Source: Trichoplax sp. H2
Lineage: Eukaryota
NCBI GenBank assembly: GCA_003344405.1
Contig: NOWV01000153.1
Span: 124,001-183,299, forward strand
Length of the DNA stretch: 59,299 bases
Direction of reading: 5' to 3'
Made by a program: the position numbers and the translations under genes
Shown here: one piece after another, positions 52,301 through 59,299 of the stretch
Layout of the letters: each line of letters opens with the position of its first letter
Numbering within the stretch: position 1 is the first letter of the stretch
The notes under the pieces: generated by a model
Told to the model about the DNA's origin: nothing
The model's database searches: none
Seen by the model: only the letters and a program-made list of their open reading frames with translations

Positions 52301-53620
52301 CTCGTATCTTAATAGAACTCATTTTTAGCATGGAAAAGAAAACATGGAATGCGTGACTGGGTGTTTTACTACGTTAGTCAACAGTGCCTTTATTCATCGA
52401 TCTAATGGTTAGATTGCCTAACGATGCTTACTAACTACTCAAGAGAAATCCGATTCAACTTAATGAAGAGAGAGAAATCTTGACTAACCATGATCGGTCC
52501 AATGAAACTTGACGCTTTCTTCCTTCCTTCCTTCTTCAAGCCATGTGGTGAAATTCCATTGACTTGCTAAATTGTAAGTAAATTACTTTATTAAATGAAT
52601 ATGAATCAGAAGCAAGACTCACTGAGTTGATATCTCGATCAATTTGTCTTACAGATTCTTGGATTTAATTCGCCGAAAGATTCTTTTGAAAATACTAACT
52701 AACATCGTCGTAAATGTTAGCATAACAAGCCAGGAGGAAGATTATAGTGACATGTTAGTAATGAAGCTTTAGGGCTAAACTACCTCTCACTAAAGGAACT
52801 TCTGAAAGGCAAAGTATCCCTTTTCAATAGGTAAGTGTTTATTTAAATATCACAGCAGTAGATAGCAGCGTAGAGAGAGTAGACATTTCTGTTAATGCGG
52901 TACTATCATCATCATTGACACAGTAGAAAATTCCCTCATGAAATGATTGACACAGGTCCATTCGTTTAGAGTAAGTAAGACAAGTTTGAACTTGATAGTC
53001 AATCTACTGTCTTGGCATCATCTTGCAGTGTAATGCAAGATGATTTTCGACATCATTCACAGTACAGTACATCTGTCTACAGTTAACTAAGACCTCATTA
53101 GGCCATCAATCGATTATAATTCGTCTCCATTTGACCAATAGCAACATAATCAATGACAAGCAATGATTGCTTTCATGAATGATGCCGATGCGAATTCACT
53201 TTTAAGTTAATTGCGTTGGTAACTTTGTTTCACGGTTCAACTGGAAAATGAATTTACCTACGTTCAAGTATGTTATAAGCCAGCTGATGAATGGCCAAGA
53301 TTTGCGCCAAGCATGATTTACAGGCTTAATTGGGTTATATATACAGTATATCCATCATAAGGTAAATGCAAGTTAACAAATGGACGTACAATTTCCATGA
53401 CATGTACATCTCCATTTCCATCTACAGTTTCCATGACTTCAATTTTGACTTCAATTTTGAATTTTTTGTTAACTTTAATTATCATCGATTCCTAATTTTG
53501 TTCAAGCTGTATTACACATTCTAATGTCTGCAACTGTATGCTGCAATGCCCATCATTGCTATCCAAATTACCTTGATTTTGAAAAGTATGGTTGATGCTC
53601 TCCATGATACGATACATTCT
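49400..53620 (-). pseudogene. Possible remnants of one or more decayed multi-exon genes of unknown family
   Basis: Locally higher GC, protein-like minus-strand fragments broken by stops (e.g. RIMNLDISNNMHMTE; ORFs at 49508-49741, 51737-51976, 51969-52196) and donor-like sites (e.g. attg|gtaagt at ~49409). No family could be assigned. Confidence 0.25.
50766..51475. repeat. Gap-flanking duplication (50766-51133 vs 51154-51475), probable haplotype overlap with a 46-bp indel
   Basis: Near-identical sequence on both sides of the gap at 51134-51153. Confidence 0.85.
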
Positions 53621-56600
53621 GTATCCTACAAAGGCATCATTTTTTTGTTTTGCTACTATGATCCACGTAGATCTTTATTCAGTTATGACTTGTAAATTGA
53701 TGGTGACGACCATGGACGTCAAAACAAGTCCTTGCATTTGTATTGTAAGATTAAAGAGAACATAGCAGCTAAAATGGTATTGCAAAAGTTAGCAAAAATA
53801 TCTCATTCATGGTATTAGTATAGGTTATAAGAGCATTTCCATACCAAATGGTTACAGTCAATGAAGCGAAATTCCTTGAAATAAGGAAGCAGAAATAGAA
53901 GCAAACACTATCACCTTTTAAGTAGTAATCAAGAAAGACATTGGTAATCAGGCGTAACTTATATCTAAAAAAATTTCTACAATATCGTAGAATGAACCGA
54001 GAAATAATGCACCTTCAATATTTTTAATTTAAGGGGGGGCACTAAACGGCTCCTTTCTGTCGTTCACTTTTAGGAGTCTGGTGCAGAATACTTTTTTTGA
54101 TTTTAATATACTGTAAGTGTAAATATGTCGAAATTATCCAGGCTATATCTCAGTCTTCACCATAATCACGCAGTCACTTATGGAATCAGATGTTGTAGAC
54201 TATCAACTTCGTTAAAAAATTACGGCAATGGTTAACACGTTGTCAGCAATCATAGTTAAGTGTAAAGTATAAACCAAACGCAAGTGAGACGAGACTTTAC
54301 TTTATTGTGAATTGTTGTGAGACTAGGGATCTCAACATGGCCTACTAGTAAAAAATCTTGATTTTTATTATTTAATTAGCTCATACTGCTGAACTCACAC
54401 ACCAGCTACTGTCACAATTGGTTATCATAACTTATACAGTAGTTCCATGGCTTCAACTCTTAATCAAGACTATTTGATTAATTTTTGCTAACTTTAGTCT
54501 TCAGGAAATGACATGAAGCCAGTAAAGCAAATTTAAAATCAGATGGTAAGGTCAATTATTATTAATGGATGTGAAAATCGTGCCTTGCTAGCTACCTCTA
54601 ACTTACAGTATAAGTTTGATATCTTGTTAATGTTAGTAGTTCCGTGGATTCAATTCCTGATCAAAACTGCTAGCAAATCTTGGCTAACATAGTTGTCAAG
54701 AAAATTTAGTGAAGTTGGTATACCAAACTTGAAGGAAGATGGAAAGATTAACTAGTTTGAATGGATATGAAAATCCTGCCTTGAATACGATCTTTAGCTT
54801 ATGGCATTGCCTTAGCGATGTTGTAAGAGTATTGGTCTATATTTTTTTCTTTTGACAACAATTATTCCTACACAAAGATTAAATCTTTAAAAAGAAATAA
54901 TCACTCTCATAGCACATTTATTCTTAGCCTTTGAATGACTTTTCTATACCCTTTGAAACTTTCAATTTGAATTATTTTTTCTTATAACTAATCACTACTT
55001 CCAGTGAAGATTAGTTTCCAAAGTATGACGTTGTTTTAGTTACTTGCCAACCGGATAGAAAAGGTTATTTTTATCATTTTACACCATCCAGTATTTATAT
55101 TTTCTAGCTTGACTACTCGAGCATTTGATGAAGAGTTTACTACATTTTTAATGTCAATAGAGTACAATATTGAGCTATAAGAGCTCAATTAAGCAATTAT
55201 AGGCTCAGAAATTAAGTCTCTTGATTTATGATAATTGCTTATGATTTTATTTATTTAAGTAATTTTATTATGTTGCTATTGATGATAATACAGTATGACA
55301 GAATACGAGAAGTATTTTTTTCAGTAGAAAAAGTAAGTCATGGATATTGCAACCAAACTTAGCTAACTAATGCTATCGGTAATAAACAATGAAATTTTTA
55401 TATTGCTTTTATCAAAGTTAGGAGTAGCAGTAGCATAATTAATACGTGTGTTACAATTCAGAATAGTAATATCACTAGAAGTAAAATAGAGTAGATAAGA
55501 TTTTATAAATTTACGGTACGTTTATACTTCAAAATGAGCGATCTTGTAGGCACAACTTAACGCTATCAATAACAACATAAATATCTTCCAACTACCGTAA
55601 GCGTGTTGATCTAATGGCTTAAAACTGAATCTAAAGCCGAAATGATTCTCTTAGTCTATTCGCATGCATTATAAATTACGGGTATAGTGTAATATCGTTC
55701 TAATGTACAATGGTAGCTATCGATTTTAAGTCACCGAAATTTCCATATTAAAAATTAGTGCTATCTATATATGTGCTTATGGTGATTTCAGTATGCTACA
55801 GTAGTAGCAAGTTGACGGAGTCGTTACGATAGCTTCTGCCTCACATAGTTATTGAAAGGTATTCTTGATTAGGTTATTTGTGAGAACTTATTAAAAAATT
55901 ACCATTGCAAGGGATCAACTCTATTAACAGCTATGGTCTTGCTATAGCTACAACTAATTTTTGTTTATCTGCATATTGAATAATGATTTAATCTTTCCTT
56001 TATTAAAATTATACATGGCTACACCACTGTGTAGTTATAGAAAGTCATAATTCTTAGTTTGTTGTTTTAAGTTAATGCATTACTCAATTTTTTTGCAATT
56101 AACGTTACATTATCGACAGCTATAGAGAGCGAATAATAAATTGTTGCTGTTCGTTATATTTATTAATGTATAGTAATTGATCCACTATAGAGCCTTTTAC
56201 AACGTTAAATTACACAACAGAGGACTTAAGATGCAACAGAAAAAAACTACTTGAGTCAGCAGTAAAAGCTAGAGGGATAATCATTCACAATGAAACGAAA
56301 GTACCTACTGCGCTAAACTACTGTAAAACTAGATTACGGTAAAACGTTTTTATGTAAAAAATATAAACATAAATATTACTAGATTTTGAATATCTTGATA
56401 AAAGTTTATTTACTACTGTCACGACCGAGGTTATGAAGCATAGAGATTATATAAAATTGGAATACTGGACGTTCGTTGATCCGGTATAACTACCGTACCT
56501 CATAAATTAACATTGACTAGAATTGCTCTTGAAATATTAGTCTCTGTGCTGATATATATCTTAAGAATTACGATTTGTCTAGTTTAAATACTATGGAAGA

Positions 56601-56658
56601 AATTTATAAAATTAACCATAATATGACCTCTAGCAGCTATGATATTTATCTCTCCTAT

Positions 56659-59299
56659 TCATTCGGTCATTTTTTGTTCGACTTCGTCAGCTAAAGCATT
56701 TATTTCCATCTTACGTAAAGCTTCAACCACTGCAGAGATTTTAGCATTCATCCCAGCTTTATCTTTCCACGATTTTAGAATATTGTGCACTTTATCGTAA
56801 CGTCCTTCATTCTGGCTTGATTTAATTTCATTAATCTTTGTGTCCGTTAACTTTAATAACACTCCAAAACGAACTATATGGGTTCCATTAAGTTTTGCTG
56901 CTATTAAATCGAAGCATGCTCTCTCTATTTTTATGTAAAAGCAAAGGAAAAATTCATGAAACAAAATTGGCAATATTAGCATCGTTTCAAGTCATCAGTA
57001 ATGTATCTGATCTAGAACACAGGCCTAAGAATGATATTAAGCAATTTTCCTTCACAATAACTATAAATTTATTCCCATGATCTTAACATGCAATCCACTG
57101 TTAATATTAAATGATATTATTGATTCTCAGTCACCATATTTTGCTGATTCAATTTCTTAATAGTTATGAGTACTTATTAAAGCTTGCTGGACGAGCTCTT
57201 TTAAAATTAAATTAAATCGGAATGGTAATTTATCAATGACCGTTTACTATATTGAGTGATTTTGGTAGTTAATATACCATATTGTAATTACAATCCCAAA
57301 ATGTTCATTATGCAATATAATAAGCTAGCAAAATTTTATGCGCTCACATAATCAGCGACAAAAATATTATAACTATTTAAGGCAGGATCTGTTGTAATAT
57401 TTGCTCTAATTCGTACTTATATCAATCTATAAATTAATTGCTATATGCATTTTTGAAATGACTGGTAGATATCAATTCAGTCGAGGCTCACCTTTATCTT
57501 CTGCATATATCTTTCTTTCTAAAGAAATGAGGTGAAAATAGGAATAATCAATTAGTAGCCCTATCATAACTTTTTTAAAACAGATGATAGAGTTGCAGGC
57601 ATGCAAATGAAATGTATGATTCTCTAAAGAGTTTACGAAGATAGTTTTCTCCCTTTATCTTTCTAGGTGCTTTTACAAGCAGGAAATGCTATCTATGGTA
57701 ATTTCTATACGTTGCATAAAACGACGAAACTAATTGGCTATTAAACAATTCAATATTAATGACTTATCATGCACTAACGTTAAAAAACAAAATACTATAG
57801 GGAACAGCGATAAATAAAATCCAGCCGTTTCTATTTACTACACAAATGAAATGCAGTAGATGAAGTACTCATTTTGAATTATTACAATCCATAATACATT
57901 TTCAGTAATAAGAAATATACTAAAATCAGAAAATATTATTGCAGTTAAATAGTAAAATAGCTATGATACAGTACATTTATGCCTCTTTGCTTGCTCTAGC
58001 GTATGGCTTCAGTTTATTATATCATGAAAAGTGATAATATAAGAATGAAGCTGCTGTTTATTCTCACATGCTTACCTATCCAGAAATTTTCATTATAAAT
58101 CATCCAATCGTTCAAAGATTGACTGGCAAATTCCATCTTACAATGCTTACATTGAATCCAATTTTGATCTCCTTCCTTGTATTCTTCGGTTATACTTGTT
58201 GGTGTATTACATTCACTACATTTGACGAAATATCGACAAGCAGCCCCTTTAAACTTGACCATCCTTTCATTGACAGTGGAGATGAGTTTGTTCTTGACAA
58301 TTTCGTGTGGCCGTTTGACAAATATAGAATTTGTAACTTTATCGATAATCGATTGACTCCTCTTGGTCTCATTTATTTTCTGATAGCAATATTGTAAACC
58401 GATATGAGATTCCTCTTTCTTAACTACAAGGTAATGATTGTCATTTGCTAAATAATATTTGGCACATTGATAGTATAATTCTACGTCCGTATTATTCCAT
58501 TCCTTTAAACAAGAAGATAACAAGCAATAATAAATTCCATCTGGAAGATATGCAATATCTGTACGCTCGTATCCGATGTAGAGCCAATCTGATTGATGAT
58601 AGTTTGGTAAATCAAATGGCTTAACATCATCTCGTAACAAGTATGGAACAAAGTATTGACATTCTTCTCCGTTGTCGTTCTTCTCATTTGTAATTGAACA
58701 TAGAATATCATAAGCATCCATGAGTGCCAATATAGTTTGCTTACTATTGTCGTCTAAATTAAATTTATAAATAGCATGATCAATGTAGGATCTTGATAAT
58801 TTTCCTGTTTTGCTGGCTATCTCATAGTCGCGTTGTATCTGTGCACCTCCTTGTACAAAATCTTGTAATTGAATAATAGAACGAAATATATTTAATAACC
58901 AATTGACATTAGTTATAATAATTCCGTCGTCGCCTACTTTATCACAGTAGATGACTTCTCCTAAATCGTGTAGATACATTAGCATAGCGATTAATTCATC
59001 ATGGTTTTCATATAATCCGTATTGTTGAGACAAGGTTACTATTTGTTGCATTGTCATAATATTATGCACTTGAGAATGTCTAATTTGATTGATAATAGAA
59101 GATGCGGGTTGATTGTTACTGTTAGTAGGGAGCGATTTATTTAATATTCTAGCCATGATATACCATCGAATAGGTATAGGATTCGTAATAAATGGCAGCG
59201 ATTGTACAAATGCCTTAATGATACCATGTAAACGAAGACAACATTGTCGACGCTGCTGCAGTGTCGACGGAGTACTATCAAGAGGATTGCAATCAAAAA
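56659..59299 (-). CDS. Second Roco paralog, 3' part (5' end beyond window): Roc end/COR exon >59299-58076, microexon 57518-57492, death-domain exon 56924-56659
   Basis: COR region is ~93% identical by eye to paralog 1, with the same TGGATAG|gtaagc donor. Phase-1 microexon ERKIYAEDK. Terminal exon ERACFDLIAAKL...RFGVLLKLTDTKINEIK...VHNILKSWKDKAGMNAKISAVVEALRKMEINALADEVE has a death-domain pattern. Confidence 0.87.

Noticed and set aside
56417-56512. TGTCAC...TTAACA-bounded segment resembling the solo-LTR ends
   Set aside because: Flanks (actac / ttgac) do not form a TSD and the interior does not match.

Overview
AT-rich, intron-containing animal genomic DNA from a draft, apparently heterozygous assembly. 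It has five 20-N gaps, each flanked by near-identical overlapping sequence. Gene content and style resemble the placozoan Trichoplax, but that is an inference. The left half holds a 3-coding-exon globin with ancestral B12.2/G7.0 introns and an N-terminal myristoylation-like motif (8509-9672, +), an intronless class A GPCR (12299-13417, -) and a ~20 kb stretch with no convincing ORF. The right half (34.6-59.3 kb, minus strand) is a tandem cluster of Roco-type genes. One reconstructable gene splices a 42-aa TPR array in frame to a Roc GTPase-COR exon, a 27-nt microexon and a death-domain exon, all through phase-1 introns. A second paralog runs off the window end and has a ~93% identical COR but a very different death domain. 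Two decayed copies are also present. The TPR array appears in two versions (10 vs 6 units) whose variation is concentrated on one helix face. Together this looks like a modular, diversifying intracellular receptor family, NLR-like in logic but with a Roc-COR switch. Two related polymorphic solo-LTR-like insertions and a small inversion with inverted-duplicated ends also lie in the cluster.
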